From an uncultured Gammaproteobacteria bacterium (GTDB lineage: Bacteria > Patescibacteriota > Microgenomatia > UBA8517 > UBA10165): a stretch of 64,000 nucleotides of DNA. The position numbers and the translations under genes are program-made. Under the pieces are notes generated by a model. That model did not search any database and was not told where the DNA came from. It was given only the letters and a program-made list of their open reading frames with translations. Of the stretch, positions 9,723 to 19,198 are shown in pieces (the first letter of the stretch is position 1; every line of letters begins with the position of its first letter). The stretch is from contig CAYYLO010000004.1 of NCBI GenBank assembly GCA_964472675.1, forward strand, positions 1,602 to 65,601, read 5' to 3'.

Positions 9723-10199
9723 ATGCAGTGGTTTAGGAGAAGTGCAACGATCGCTTTTTGGCCCTTTATCGACAGTATAATGACAGTATTTTCGAATACT
9801 ATTCTTCTTCGTTATGGCGTAAAAATGGCTGTTATCACAACAATAATTTTAATGCTCGCATTAAATTTCATGCTCTTTTATTTGCTCTCGCTTGAAAATG
9901 AGCTGCAAAATTGGATTGGAAAACAAACTAAAAAGATAACCTCCTGGCGGCAAAAAATCCAGAAATTTAGCATTGGAGAAAGTGCCTTAATATTGATTGT
10001 TTATACTCTTTCCGGCCCAGCTATGGCAGGAGTCCCATTGCTTTGGGTTTTGGGTATTAAGGGGAAAAAGGCTTATTTTTACATTACAATTGGTGTAGTT
10101 ATAAACTCTATACTTTGGGTGGGAGGAGTTTACCACCTTTTTTGGATATTGGCTTATGATGCCATTGGCAGTTGGACGGCTTTGAAGAAATTCTTCTAA
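9723..10199 (+). CDS. Hypothetical small integral membrane protein
   Basis: 158 aa with 4 predicted TM helices; the RBS overlaps a small hairpin at the comM stop. Confidence 0.45.
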   Translation: MQWFRRSATIAFWPFIDSIMTVFSNTILLRYGVKMAVITTIILMLALNFMLFYLLSLENELQNWIGKQTKKITSWRQKIQKFSIGESALILIVYTLSGPAMAGVPLLWVLGIKGKKAYFYITIGVVINSILWVGGVYHLFWILAYDAIGSWTALKKFF

Positions 10200-10203
10200 A
10201 GAT

Positions 10204-10686
10204 ATGCGTTTAGTTATTCAAAGAGTAAATTCGGCAAAAGTTTTTACAGGAGGAGAAGTTGTGGGTCAAATTGGAAAAGGGCTTTTTATCCTGGTAGGCG
10301 TAGGGCACGAAGACCGGGCTGAGTATGTGAGTACTGTTGCGAATAAAATTGCCAACATGCGTTTAATGAGCGACGATAATGACAAGATGAATTTATCAGT
10401 AAAGGATGCTAAGGGCGAAATGTTGGTAGTTTCGCAGTTTACGTTATATGCAGACACCTCAGGTGGTCGACGCCCATCTTTCGTTCAGGCTGCCACCCCC
10501 GAGGTGGCAGAGGAGATTTATCAAAAATTTGTGGAGTCGCTAAAAAGTGAGGGTATAAAAGTTGAAACTGGAAGGTTTGGAAGTTATATGAACATTGAAG
10601 CAGAATTGGATGGCCCTGTAACCATCATTTTAGATTTTTCACAAAAAGCGTCGGGAGAGCAGGAGCCCTGCGCCAACAAATATTAA
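10204..10686 (+). CDS. dtd: D-aminoacyl-tRNA deacylase
   Basis: Carries the conserved SQFTLYAD motif and the terminal GPVTIILD. Confidence 0.9.
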   Translation: MRLVIQRVNSAKVFTGGEVVGQIGKGLFILVGVGHEDRAEYVSTVANKIANMRLMSDDNDKMNLSVKDAKGEMLVVSQFTLYADTSGGRRPSFVQAATPEVAEEIYQKFVESLKSEGIKVETGRFGSYMNIEAELDGPVTIILDFSQKASGEQEPCANKY

Positions 10687-11058
10687 AAAGGCAGATTGGT
10701 TTTTGTCATATTGTTTTTGCTTTGCGCGATCTTCGTTAAATCCATTGATACAGCGCAGGGTTTGCTGTTGTTGGACATCTAACTCTTCTTGTGTGGCAGG
10801 GCGGGAGGTTTGTTTACCGTCTGGGCTGTAATCATAGTAAACCTGTGGATAGGGGTCACACTCCGATTCTCTTAAGGTTACAGTTGAGTTTTGAGGCAAA
10901 AGTATAGTATCGGGGAATATGCCTCTGCTCGGGTAGGGAACTCCGCGTGTAGAAATATGCAGCATCCTGCCTGCTCCGTAAAGTCCTATCAGAGTAAGAA
11001 GTGCTCCAAAAAAGGCCATCCACTGTGAAGCTTGCGAAACTCTCTGTTCTGTCGTCAT
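10639..11058 (-). CDS. Hypothetical membrane/secreted protein
   Basis: 139-aa ORF with an N-terminal TM helix. Its 48-nt convergent overlap with dtd lowers confidence. Confidence 0.35.
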   Translation of the reverse strand: MTTEQRVSQASQWMAFFGALLTLIGLYGAGRMLHISTRGVPYPSRGIFPDTILLPQNSTVTLRESECDPYPQVYYDYSPDGKQTSRPATQEELDVQQQQTLRCINGFNEDRAKQKQYDKNQSAFLIFVGAGLLLSRRFL

Positions 11059-11072
11059 TGGTATATTAAAGG

Positions 11073-11711
11073 CTACTCCAACAACCCATTCTTTGTCAAG
11101 AATTCTGCCAAAAGCTTATTGTTCCTGTACTGCTGCCCAATTGAGACCAGATACAAGTTTAAATCTACCCAGTATTTTTTGGGCAAGACTTTTGCCAATT
11201 CCCGTTCTGTTTCTTCGGGGGTTTTGGTATTTACCCAACCTAAAAAGTTGGCAATCCTGTGAACATGGGTATCTACTCCAATTGCGGGGATATTAAACTC
11301 GCGAGCCAAAATTATGTTTGCAGTTTTCCGCCCTACCCCCGGCAGGGATGTTAAATCTTCAAGTGTGCACGGCACAACACCGCCAAACTTTTCATCTATT
11401 AGTGCAGCAAGTTTTTTAAGGTTGATGGCTTTAGCTTTATAGAAACTGACAGGTTTTATTAACTGCTCGATTTGTTCAACGGAGAGTGTGGCTATTTCGC
11501 CTGGAGTGGACGCGACCTTAAATAGTTCTTTGCATCTTGTGGCTGTAGTTTCGTCGCGAGTTCTGGCGGAGAGCATTACTGCAACTAGCGAGTGAAACGG
11601 GGTATCTGAAACAGGAATTAGAGGGATTTCCTTGTGGTTTTTCTTGAAGACTTCGAAAAATTTCTGAAATCTGTCTGGCATATTTTGGTACCCTTCCGTC
11701 ACCACAAGCAC
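11073..11711 (-). CDS. HhH-GPD base-excision DNA glycosylase, endonuclease III-like without the C-terminal 4Fe-4S cysteine cluster
   Basis: HhH-GPD motif LPGVGRKTANIIL...GVDTHVHRI with catalytic Lys and Asp present. There are no Cys residues in the C-terminal 40 aa. Confidence 0.75.
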   Translation of the reverse strand: MLVVTEGYQNMPDRFQKFFEVFKKNHKEIPLIPVSDTPFHSLVAVMLSARTRDETTATRCKELFKVASTPGEIATLSVEQIEQLIKPVSFYKAKAINLKKLAALIDEKFGGVVPCTLEDLTSLPGVGRKTANIILAREFNIPAIGVDTHVHRIANFLGWVNTKTPEETERELAKVLPKKYWVDLNLYLVSIGQQYRNNKLLAEFLTKNGLLE

Positions 11712-11760
11712 CCCACAATAGGTGGAGTACTTAAGTGGTGTTCAACAATCAGGCGAAATA

Positions 11761-11901
11761 TTATCTCTTGCCGATCTTGAACATTGTGGTGCCACAAACT
11801 TCGCAAACTGCTTTGGTTGCCGGTTTGCCGTTCTTCATTGTGACTTCTTGATGATTTTTGCCTTCGCGTGATGCGCGGCATTTTACACAATACATTGCCA
11901 T
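11761..11901 (-). CDS. Small zinc-ribbon protein, 46 aa, with two CxxC pairs; not in the supplied ORF track
   Basis: Translation: MAMYCVKCRASREGKNHQEVTMKNGKPATKAVCEVCGTTMFKIGKR. A strong SD (aaggaggtg) lies ~20 nt upstream. Confidence 0.55.
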   Translation of the reverse strand: MAMYCVKCRASREGKNHQEVTMKNGKPATKAVCEVCGTTMFKIGKR

Positions 11902-11955
11902 ATTAAATTGCTTGTTAAGCTTCACCTCCTTTCCCTCTGTTAGAGGGCAGATTTC

Positions 11956-12240
11956 TTACCGTGCCCAGTATATCACCAGCTCAAGGCTAAGGATTAAGAC
12001 AGCCAGAACAAGACTTTTGATCAAATCTTTTGTCAAGAAAGGTGGTTTTGCAAAACTGCGCGAAATATCGTTATTTTTAGCGTTTTTAGCTTCATTTTCA
12101 GGGTTTTGCAAGTTTTGCAGGCGGAAACTAAATTCCCCCTTGACAACTTCCTTAGATTTTGACGATATGGTATCGTGGGGGAAGATCAGTTCCTTGTGGC
12201 GTGCAGCACGCATTTTTTGTTTTTTGGTTTTGCGAGGCAT
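11956..12240 (-). CDS. Hypothetical small basic protein with a C-terminal TM helix
   Basis: Preferred over the overlapping plus-strand ORF because it is co-oriented and nearly contiguous with the zinc-ribbon gene. Confidence 0.3.
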   Translation of the reverse strand: MPRKTKKQKMRAARHKELIFPHDTISSKSKEVVKGEFSFRLQNLQNPENEAKNAKNNDISRSFAKPPFLTKDLIKSLVLAVLILSLELVIYWAR

Positions 12241-12272
12241 TTGATTTAACTACAATACTATACTAAATTAGC

Positions 12273-13592
12273 ATGTCAAAAAAGACTACTTACCTTGACC
12301 CACAACTTGATTTGCCTGAAACTTTGCATACTGATCAGGAAACACTTTCCAAAATTGAGGTCCCGATAATTACCACTTCTGCAAGCTTTAAAAGTGATAT
12401 TTCGAAAATATCCGGGGAAAAGGTAAAGGATAAGGGCTCAGACATTGTTTTTTCCAGGGGGCACTTTTCAATGAGTGTTGCGCTTTTTAGGCAGGCGCAC
12501 GAGATGAAGCTTTCAAGTTGGCTTATTGACCCTGTTAACTATGTGACTGAAAAAGATTGGGGTAAGTTAAAGGGAATAGTTTTTGTGGGGCAAATTGCTG
12601 CCCGCTTCCCCATCGTTAAAAAAGTCAAAGATGCTGCAGATACTTTAATACGTGGCAAATTACCTCTTGCTGAAGCCATAAAAGCCCCTTTGCTTTACGC
12701 TACAAGCAACATCATGCAACCGATAATTTCAGTTCATTATGAAATCGGGAATATTTTAGCCAGAGAAGGGCGCAGGGTTTTGCAGGTTGTTACTGATCCT
12801 CATGTCAGACCTCAGTATCTGTTGGAAGCAGGCCGAAAGAATATCAGCTTTGCAGTTTTCAACAAAGACACGAAAGAGGAATTTTTGGCGAAAGCAAAAG
12901 AAGAGGGTGTCAGTATAGATGAGGATAGGATAGTTGTAACAGGTTCTCCTGTCGACCCGCGAATTGTTCGAGCCCGCAAAGGTAAAAACTTAAACTGGAT
13001 AGGTAAGCGCCCTTTAAGGTTGGCTATAACCACAGGTGGTTTAGGGCAAAACCAGGATGAAATACGCCATTTGCTGGAAAATATTTGTCCCTTAATTAAA
13101 ACCAGGCAGGTACAAGTAATTTTATATGCCAGCACTTTACCTGATTTTCGCCAGATGTACGAGAATATTTTGTCAAAACATACAATAACCTGGAGTAGCA
13201 GAATTGAGGATAAAACTGCTTCTGCGCGAATTATTTATAACCCAAGTATAGTGGACGCCAATCAGAACCTGATTGACTACGCCTTTCTCTGGGCTGACGG
13301 GTTTATCACAAAGCCTTCCGGAGACATGGCTTACGATGCAGCAGCAGCAGGTTGTTTCATATTGTCTTTGGATCCGTGGGGGGATTGGGAAGTAAACGTG
13401 CAGGAGATTTTTGCCCGGTTGGCTATTTTGAAACGAGCGGAGCCAGAAGATTTTACTGGCCAGTTAAGAGAGCTGCTTGCAAGCGGTTGGATTAAGCAAG
13501 CAATTAACAACGCGTTAAAAATAGATAAGATTTATCTTACTGGAGCTAAAAATATTATAAAACTACAGCAAAAACTGACACACGGGGCTTGA
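12273..13592 (+). CDS. GT-B fold glycosyltransferase, MGDG-synthase/UgtP-like
   Basis: It has the two-Rossmann-domain layout and a C-terminal block (YNPSIVDANQNLIDYAFLWADGFITKPSGDMAYDAAAAGCFIL) resembling the UDP-sugar-binding half of GT28 enzymes. Confidence 0.45.
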   Translation: MSKKTTYLDPQLDLPETLHTDQETLSKIEVPIITTSASFKSDISKISGEKVKDKGSDIVFSRGHFSMSVALFRQAHEMKLSSWLIDPVNYVTEKDWGKLKGIVFVGQIAARFPIVKKVKDAADTLIRGKLPLAEAIKAPLLYATSNIMQPIISVHYEIGNILAREGRRVLQVVTDPHVRPQYLLEAGRKNISFAVFNKDTKEEFLAKAKEEGVSIDEDRIVVTGSPVDPRIVRARKGKNLNWIGKRPLRLAITTGGLGQNQDEIRHLLENICPLIKTRQVQVILYASTLPDFRQMYENILSKHTITWSSRIEDKTASARIIYNPSIVDANQNLIDYAFLWADGFITKPSGDMAYDAAAAGCFILSLDPWGDWEVNVQEIFARLAILKRAEPEDFTGQLRELLASGWIKQAINNALKIDKIYLTGAKNIIKLQQKLTHGA

Positions 13593-13630
13593 CGGTATCG
13601 GCTAAATTCAGATAAAATGAATGAGTTCAA

Positions 13631-14089
13631 ATGTTACTCGCTCCTTCTGTGCTAGCGCTCGTTGGAGTAGGTGTAATTGTTTGGGTTGTTGTAATTACCG
13701 TTTGGCTATGTAGGGTACATTTTCATTACAAAAGGTTAATAGGTGCGACTAACAAAACAGACTTAAAGCTTATATTGGAAGATTTAATAAATAAGGTTGA
13801 CCTTGCAACAAGTGAGGCTCAAAGGATACAGAAAGAATTATCCCAAATGTCAGCAAAAATGGGTAGCTGTTTGCAAAAGGTAGGGGTAATCAGGTTTAAT
13901 CCATACTCAGATACTGGAGGCAACCAATCTTTTGCGCTAGCCTGCTTGAACGAGGCAGATTCGGGGTTGGTTATTTTAAGTCTTCATGGAAGAGAAGGTA
14001 CGCGCGTATACATAAAGGGTGTAAATCGCGGAAAATCAACATCCGGTTTGTCCCGGGAGGAAAAACAAGCAATTGAGGAAGCGCGGTAA
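13631..14089 (+). CDS. DUF4446 family protein
   Basis: An N-terminal TM helix plus the conserved GVIRFNPYSDTGGNQSFALA...LHGREGTRVY block. Confidence 0.55.
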   Translation: MLLAPSVLALVGVGVIVWVVVITVWLCRVHFHYKRLIGATNKTDLKLILEDLINKVDLATSEAQRIQKELSQMSAKMGSCLQKVGVIRFNPYSDTGGNQSFALACLNEADSGLVILSLHGREGTRVYIKGVNRGKSTSGLSREEKQAIEEAR

Positions 14090-15244
14090 ATGAAAAACAC
14101 GAAAATTAAATTAATCGCAGGACTTTTGGGGTTGTATTTTGTTGCTGTTGGTATATCTTATGCTGTCTTTTCATATATCATCAAACCCGCAAAAGAAAGT
14201 GTTGTCCCCCAAAACGTATCAGAAACTCGCGCCAAAATAGATTCTTCGGCTCCCAAAGACCAGGAATGTCCGCTAAATGGTAAAAAGTTTACCAAAGCAG
14301 AGCGCGATATATGGGAGAAGAGAAGACCTCTTTTGGCAATGATCGAAAACCATCAAGAATCGCGGCCACAGTCGGGTTTAAGCTCTGCAGACATAATATA
14401 TGAAGCTATAGCCGAAGGGGGCATTTCTCGCTTCATGGCTGTTTTTTATTGCGGCGTGGCATCTGAGGAAGTGCAAGTTGGGCCGGTCCGCTCTGCCAGG
14501 ACTTACTTCTTGGATTGGGCATCTGAATATGGGGATCATCCACTTTATGCCCACGTAGGCGGAGCAAACAAGCCGGGACCTGCCGATGCCTTGGGGCAGA
14601 TTAACACCTACGGGTGGTTTTTGTATAACGATCTTAATCAGTTTTCGATTGGGTTTCCTACTTTTTGGCGGGACTATGAAAGACTAGGGCATACTGTTGC
14701 GACAGAGCATACGATGTATTCGACAACGGATAAGCTTCTGGCGGTTGCGGCAGGCCGCGGATTGACAAATCAGGACAAGAATGGAGTTGCCTGGAACAAA
14801 GTCTATACAAGCTGGAAATTTACTGACGGTCAAGCATCTCCATCTCCCGCTGCCTCGAAAATCTCCTTTCCGTTTGCCGGGGGCTATCAGGATTATATTG
14901 TTAATTGGGTTTACGATTCTGCTGCAAATTCTTACAAGCGTGAAAATGGATCTGCCTCTCACGTTGATTTGAACAACAACCAGCAGTTGTCTGCTTCAAG
15001 CATTGTAGTGCAATTTGCACCGTTAAAAGGGCCGATTGACGAGCTAAAGCACATGCTCTACAAAACTACTGGAGCCGGACGCGCACTTGTTTTCCAGAAT
15101 GGTGATGTGATCCAGGCTTCGTGGAGCAAAAAGACACGCACTGACAGAACTCTTTTCCTAGATAAAGCTGGCAAGCAAATAAACTTTGTGCGTGGACCAA
15201 TTTGGGTAGAAGTTGTAGATCCGGCGACTACAGTTACCTATTAA
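14090..15244 (+). CDS. DUF3048 domain secreted/lipoprotein
   Basis: Signal/TM helix, then the DUF3048 core RPLLAMIENHQESRPQSGLSSADIIYEAIAEGGISRFMAVFY. Confidence 0.55.
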   Translation: MKNTKIKLIAGLLGLYFVAVGISYAVFSYIIKPAKESVVPQNVSETRAKIDSSAPKDQECPLNGKKFTKAERDIWEKRRPLLAMIENHQESRPQSGLSSADIIYEAIAEGGISRFMAVFYCGVASEEVQVGPVRSARTYFLDWASEYGDHPLYAHVGGANKPGPADALGQINTYGWFLYNDLNQFSIGFPTFWRDYERLGHTVATEHTMYSTTDKLLAVAAGRGLTNQDKNGVAWNKVYTSWKFTDGQASPSPAASKISFPFAGGYQDYIVNWVYDSAANSYKRENGSASHVDLNNNQQLSASSIVVQFAPLKGPIDELKHMLYKTTGAGRALVFQNGDVIQASWSKKTRTDRTLFLDKAGKQINFVRGPIWVEVVDPATTVTY

Positions 15245-15274
15245 TTTGCTTCCTGCCAGCTCAAAAAACCTACA

Positions 15275-15859
15275 ATGGCTGCATTGCGCGATTTTATAGT
15301 TTCAAAAGTTAGAGTCAAAATAATAAAAATTCTTCTGGAGAATCCGACAGAGATGTATTATGTTCGCGATCTGGTTAGAAGGACTGGAGAAGAGATCAAT
15401 GCTGTTAGGCGTGAACTTTCCCGCATGGATGAGGCAAGTATGGTTAAGAAAGAGGCAAGGGGCAACAGGCTCTACTATTGGTTCAGGACAGACTACCCTT
15501 TCTACTCGGAGCTGTTAAGTTTGGTTGCCAAAACCACTGGTTTGGGGGCGCGCATTCGCAAAAACAAAGGCAAAATTGGCAGGCTTACTTTTGTCGTTTT
15601 TTCTGGTGAGTTTGTGCGCAGGCGACCAAAGATAAACGCCGACCAGGTTGACATCCTTGTCGTAGGGGATGTGGTTTTGCCTGAACTTGCAGGGTTAATA
15701 CGTCAGGAAGAATCTGTTCGCAATCATGAGATTAACTATACGCCGATGACCAGAGATGAGTTTGAGTTTCGCAAAAAGCGCCGTGACCCATTCGTGTTGG
15801 GGATTTTAACCTCTGCCCGCTTTATGATTCTTGGAGATGAACAGGAGTTTGTATCGTGA
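15275..15859 (+). CDS. Winged-helix transcriptional regulator family protein
   Basis: An ArsR/MarR-like wHTH at the N-terminus (IIKILLENPTEMYYVRDLVRRTGEEINAVRRELSRM). Its final 10 codons are duplicated 242 nt downstream. Confidence 0.5.
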   Translation: MAALRDFIVSKVRVKIIKILLENPTEMYYVRDLVRRTGEEINAVRRELSRMDEASMVKKEARGNRLYYWFRTDYPFYSELLSLVAKTTGLGARIRKNKGKIGRLTFVVFSGEFVRRRPKINADQVDILVVGDVVLPELAGLIRQEESVRNHEINYTPMTRDEFEFRKKRRDPFVLGILTSARFMILGDEQEFVS

Positions 15860-16094
15860 GAGTTATGGATATCTGCTCAGCAACAGTTTCTAAAAGGCGA
15901 CGTCGGCTGTTTTGTGGTGAAAATACGTTTTACTTGGCCGCGTCTACAGGTCTCGACGAGCGCCAAAATATTTCTTATATGAAATTTTTACGTGCTCGTC
16001 TGCGACAGTCTTTTAAAAATATTGCTTCACAGATATCTGCACACGCGACTTGTATTAAAACTTCTATGATTCTTGGAGATGAACAGGAGTTTGT
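15824..16094. repeat. Two 30-nt direct repeats (t/c-tatgattcttggagatgaacaggagtttgt) at 15823-15852 and 16065-16094, flanking a 212-nt insert with internal palindromes
   Basis: Read directly from the sequence. It duplicates the 3' end of the upstream CDS and creates a spurious 81-aa ORF. Confidence 0.7.
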
Positions 16095-16103
16095 GAGTTA
16101 GAC

Positions 16104-17462
16104 ATGAGACAGTGGAAAAAACTGCTAATCATTTTGGCGATTGTATTAGGTAGCGTGTATGTAGCTCTCCCCCCAACGCTACCTATTAAATTTTCCTATA
16201 AGAAATTTAAGGTAGATCAAACGCTAAACCGTTCTCCGCTTAGTATCATGCTGGGCGAATATTTTTCTTTCCAGCGTGATTTAAATATTAAGCTGGGTTT
16301 GGATTTGGCAGGAGGTAGCCATTTGGTTTTTGAAGCCGATATGTCAAAAATAGGGGAAAGTGATAAAAAGTTCGCAGTGGAGGGAGCGCGGGATGCAATT
16401 GAACGGAGAATCAACCTTTTTGGGGTTGCAGAAAGCACGGTTCAAACTTCGCAAGCAGGAAACTCGCACAGGATAAATATAGACTTACCAGGAGTGAAGG
16501 ACACTCAAGGGGCAATAGCCTTGATTGGCCAAACAGCACAGTTAGATTTCAGAGAGCTCCTGCCCATTCCCAAAGAAGCAACTGATACTCCGCGGTTTGT
16601 AACTTACCAAAACACGCGCTCTACCGGTTTTACAGGAAACGACTTTAAAAGAGCCAGGAGCGATTTTGATTCATCAACAGGTAAGCCGGTAGTTTCTTTT
16701 GAGACAAAGCCTGAATCAGCTAAAAAATTTGCCGACATCACAACTCGTCTTCAAGGACAACCCCTGGCAATTTTTTTAGACCAGGTACCGATTTCAAATC
16801 CAACTGTTTCCAACCCGATAACTGACGGCAGAGGAATTATCACTGGGCAATTTACTTTAGCGCAAACCAAAAGTTTGGCTAATCTTTTGAATAGCGGTGC
16901 TCTTCCTGTGCCAATCCATTTGATTGAACAGCGAACTATTGAAGCAAGCTTGGGAGCTGAGTCAATTCAGGCGAGTATTTTTGCAGGTCTGGTTGGCTTG
17001 GCGATGGTTATTTTATTTATGGTTTTGTATTACGGAAGATTGGGTATTGTCGCCAGCATTGCTTTGTTAATATATGGGTTGATTAGCTTGAGTATTTACA
17101 AATTGATTCCTATCGTTTTAACCCTGCCGGGCGTTGCAGGATTTATTTTATCTGTGGGAATGGCGGTAGATTCTAACATTTTAATTTTTGAGAGAATGAA
17201 GGAGGAACTGGCCTTGGGGAAACCCTGGAGAGACAGCATGGAAACAGCTTTCGGTAGAGCCTGGGATTCTATACGAGACGCTAACATTGCAACCCTTTTA
17301 ACTTCCTTTATATTATTTAATCCTTTAAACTTGTCTTTTCTGCACACTTCCGGCCCTGTGAGAGGTTTTGCTGCGACTCTATTTTTAGGAGTGGCAATAG
17401 GTTTGTTTACAGGTATATTTGTGACAAGGACACTGCTTCGCGTGTTTGTGCGGAAGCAGTGA
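16104..17462 (+). CDS. secD: Protein translocase subunit SecD
   Basis: LDLAGGSHLVFEAD and MAVDSNILIFERMKEE motifs; 6 TM helices. Confidence 0.9.
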   Translation: MRQWKKLLIILAIVLGSVYVALPPTLPIKFSYKKFKVDQTLNRSPLSIMLGEYFSFQRDLNIKLGLDLAGGSHLVFEADMSKIGESDKKFAVEGARDAIERRINLFGVAESTVQTSQAGNSHRINIDLPGVKDTQGAIALIGQTAQLDFRELLPIPKEATDTPRFVTYQNTRSTGFTGNDFKRARSDFDSSTGKPVVSFETKPESAKKFADITTRLQGQPLAIFLDQVPISNPTVSNPITDGRGIITGQFTLAQTKSLANLLNSGALPVPIHLIEQRTIEASLGAESIQASIFAGLVGLAMVILFMVLYYGRLGIVASIALLIYGLISLSIYKLIPIVLTLPGVAGFILSVGMAVDSNILIFERMKEELALGKPWRDSMETAFGRAWDSIRDANIATLLTSFILFNPLNLSFLHTSGPVRGFAATLFLGVAIGLFTGIFVTRTLLRVFVRKQ

Positions 17463-17471
17463 AAACAACAT

Positions 17472-18335
17472 ATGTGGATGCGGTATAGGCCAATTTATTT
17501 TTTAATTTCAGGTATCGCTATTGCTTTTTCTGTTTTTGCACTTTCGAATTGGGGCTTAAGGCAGTCAATTGATTTTACCGGTGGGAGTGTTGTTGAGTAT
17601 TCTTCGGAGGTTGATGGGGCTGGCGAGCGTCTAAAAGAAATTGCTGTATCAAGACAGTATCCTTTAAAGGGAGTTAGAATAATCTCCTCCAGGGAAGTGG
17701 AATTGCGATTTTCTGCAGAGTTTGACCAGACTAAAGCACAAGAACTTGCCCGTGACCTGGGGGAAAATACAAAGCTGGTAAGATTCGAGAGTGTAGGTCC
17801 GATACTTTCAGCTGAGATTCTTAAAAAAACATATGTGGCTTTGGGAATAGCTTCCATAGGTATTCTTTTATGGGTTGCTTGGCAATTTAAAAGTTTTCAA
17901 TTTGGATTGTGTGCGATTTTGGCAACACTTCACGACACAGTAATTTTGTTAGGAGTATTTGCGGTTTTGGGCCGTTTTCAGAATGTAGAGATAGATATTT
18001 TGTTCGTTACGGCAATTTTAACTGTTCTTTCCTTTTCAGTACATGACACGATTGTCGTCTATGATCGAGTCCGCGAGATTTCCAGGAAACATAGTAGTAT
18101 TTCCGTATATGACAGGGCAAACAAGGCTTTATCAGAAACAATGGTTCGCTCTCTTAATAACTCTTTAACAATTACTTTTATGTTAACAGCCCTTTTTTTG
18201 ATGGGCGGAGAAACAATCAGGTGGTTTGTCTTTGCTCTTCTTGTAGGAACTATTTCAGGCACCTATTCTTCACCTTTTGTAGCCGTTCCGCTTCTTGTTA
18301 CCTGGGATGAGTTAAAAAGAAAAATCAAGCGCTAG
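17472..18335 (+). CDS. secF: Protein translocase subunit SecF
   Basis: IDFTGGSVVEY motif and TM topology; adjacent to secD. Confidence 0.9.
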   Translation: MWMRYRPIYFLISGIAIAFSVFALSNWGLRQSIDFTGGSVVEYSSEVDGAGERLKEIAVSRQYPLKGVRIISSREVELRFSAEFDQTKAQELARDLGENTKLVRFESVGPILSAEILKKTYVALGIASIGILLWVAWQFKSFQFGLCAILATLHDTVILLGVFAVLGRFQNVEIDILFVTAILTVLSFSVHDTIVVYDRVREISRKHSSISVYDRANKALSETMVRSLNNSLTITFMLTALFLMGGETIRWFVFALLVGTISGTYSSPFVAVPLLVTWDELKRKIKR

Positions 18336-18888
18336 GATTTTCTTTCCTCCACTGTTTTGGTGTATAAATCTTTTCCGATATTGCCTCAAACCCCATCTTA
18401 TTTAATGTTTTTGCTAAAAAGCTTTTGCCTGTTTGGTCAATATGGATAGCTTCTTCTTCCTGATAAAACAAATCTTCTGGTAAGTTATTGTCCTTCCATA
18501 TTTGTTGTAATTGTTTGAACTCTTTTTCGGTTAGATTAAGAATCCAACAGCAAGTGTCATCATGGTGATCAAACTTAGCAGGCTTCTGTTTTTGCTTTCC
18601 AACATTGTTTAGCGGTTTGTCGTTCAAGAGAAGAGTAAAAAGTTCATCACAGTCTGAAAGCTTAAATATCCAATCGGTTACTTGCGAAACCAGCTTTATT
18701 TTTTCACCTTTCCTCTTAGGTAATTCTCCAACTCTTAATTTCTTCCCTAACACCTTTTTGGTGTTAATTAGCTCGGCGCGGTAATAATCGCACCACAGGC
18801 TTACCGCCCCGGAAGTTACCTTAACTGCTTTCCTCAAAGGAAAGTTCTTTGTGTCAAAGAAATAATATAACTCTGGTAAGTAAATCAT
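18325..18888 (-). CDS. Hypothetical protein
   Basis: 187-aa ORF; no family recognised. Confidence 0.45.
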   Translation of the reverse strand: MIYLPELYYFFDTKNFPLRKAVKVTSGAVSLWCDYYRAELINTKKVLGKKLRVGELPKRKGEKIKLVSQVTDWIFKLSDCDELFTLLLNDKPLNNVGKQKQKPAKFDHHDDTCCWILNLTEKEFKQLQQIWKDNNLPEDLFYQEEEAIHIDQTGKSFLAKTLNKMGFEAISEKIYTPKQWRKENPSA

Positions 18889-19015
18889 ATCCTGCTATTA
18901 TCTATAATTGTCTAGTTATTTCAACTAAGACTGGTAATAAAAAAGTATGGAAAATATAATGTAGATTCCCGCCTCCGCGGGAATGACATGCCAATTAAGT
19001 ATGAAGCGAATTATC

Positions 19016-19198
19016 TTAAGTGGTGTGTTTTGGCCAAATGATAACTGCCTTGGCAAACTCCTCACGAGTTTCTCTGTTTACCAGACTCAACTGATCGCCT
19101 TGGGCGAGATCTTTGTCATCAAACAGTCTCCATGTGGAAGTTTTTGATCCATCCAAAACCAGCGATGCCAACTCCGGTGCAAATTTTAAAGTTTTCAT
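19016..19198 (-). CDS. Small ASCH-domain-like protein
   Basis: MKTLKFAPELASLVLDGSKTSTWRLFDDKDLAQGD matches the N-terminal ASCH beta-barrel signature. A terminator-like hairpin (attcccgc-ctcc-gcgggaat) follows at 18964-18985. Confidence 0.4.
   Translation of the reverse strand: MKTLKFAPELASLVLDGSKTSTWRLFDDKDLAQGDQLSLVNRETREEFAKAVIIWPKHTT

Noticed and set aside
11858-12244. 128-aa plus-strand ORF
   Set aside because: Its translation is low-complexity and Cys/Phe-rich. The opposite-strand ORF is co-oriented with the neighbouring operon, so the minus-strand call was preferred, though with low confidence.
15856-16101. 81-aa ORF ending in MILGDEQEFVS
   Set aside because: It is an artefact of the 30-nt direct repeat that copies the 3' end of the upstream gene. 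The body of the ORF is the 212-nt insert.
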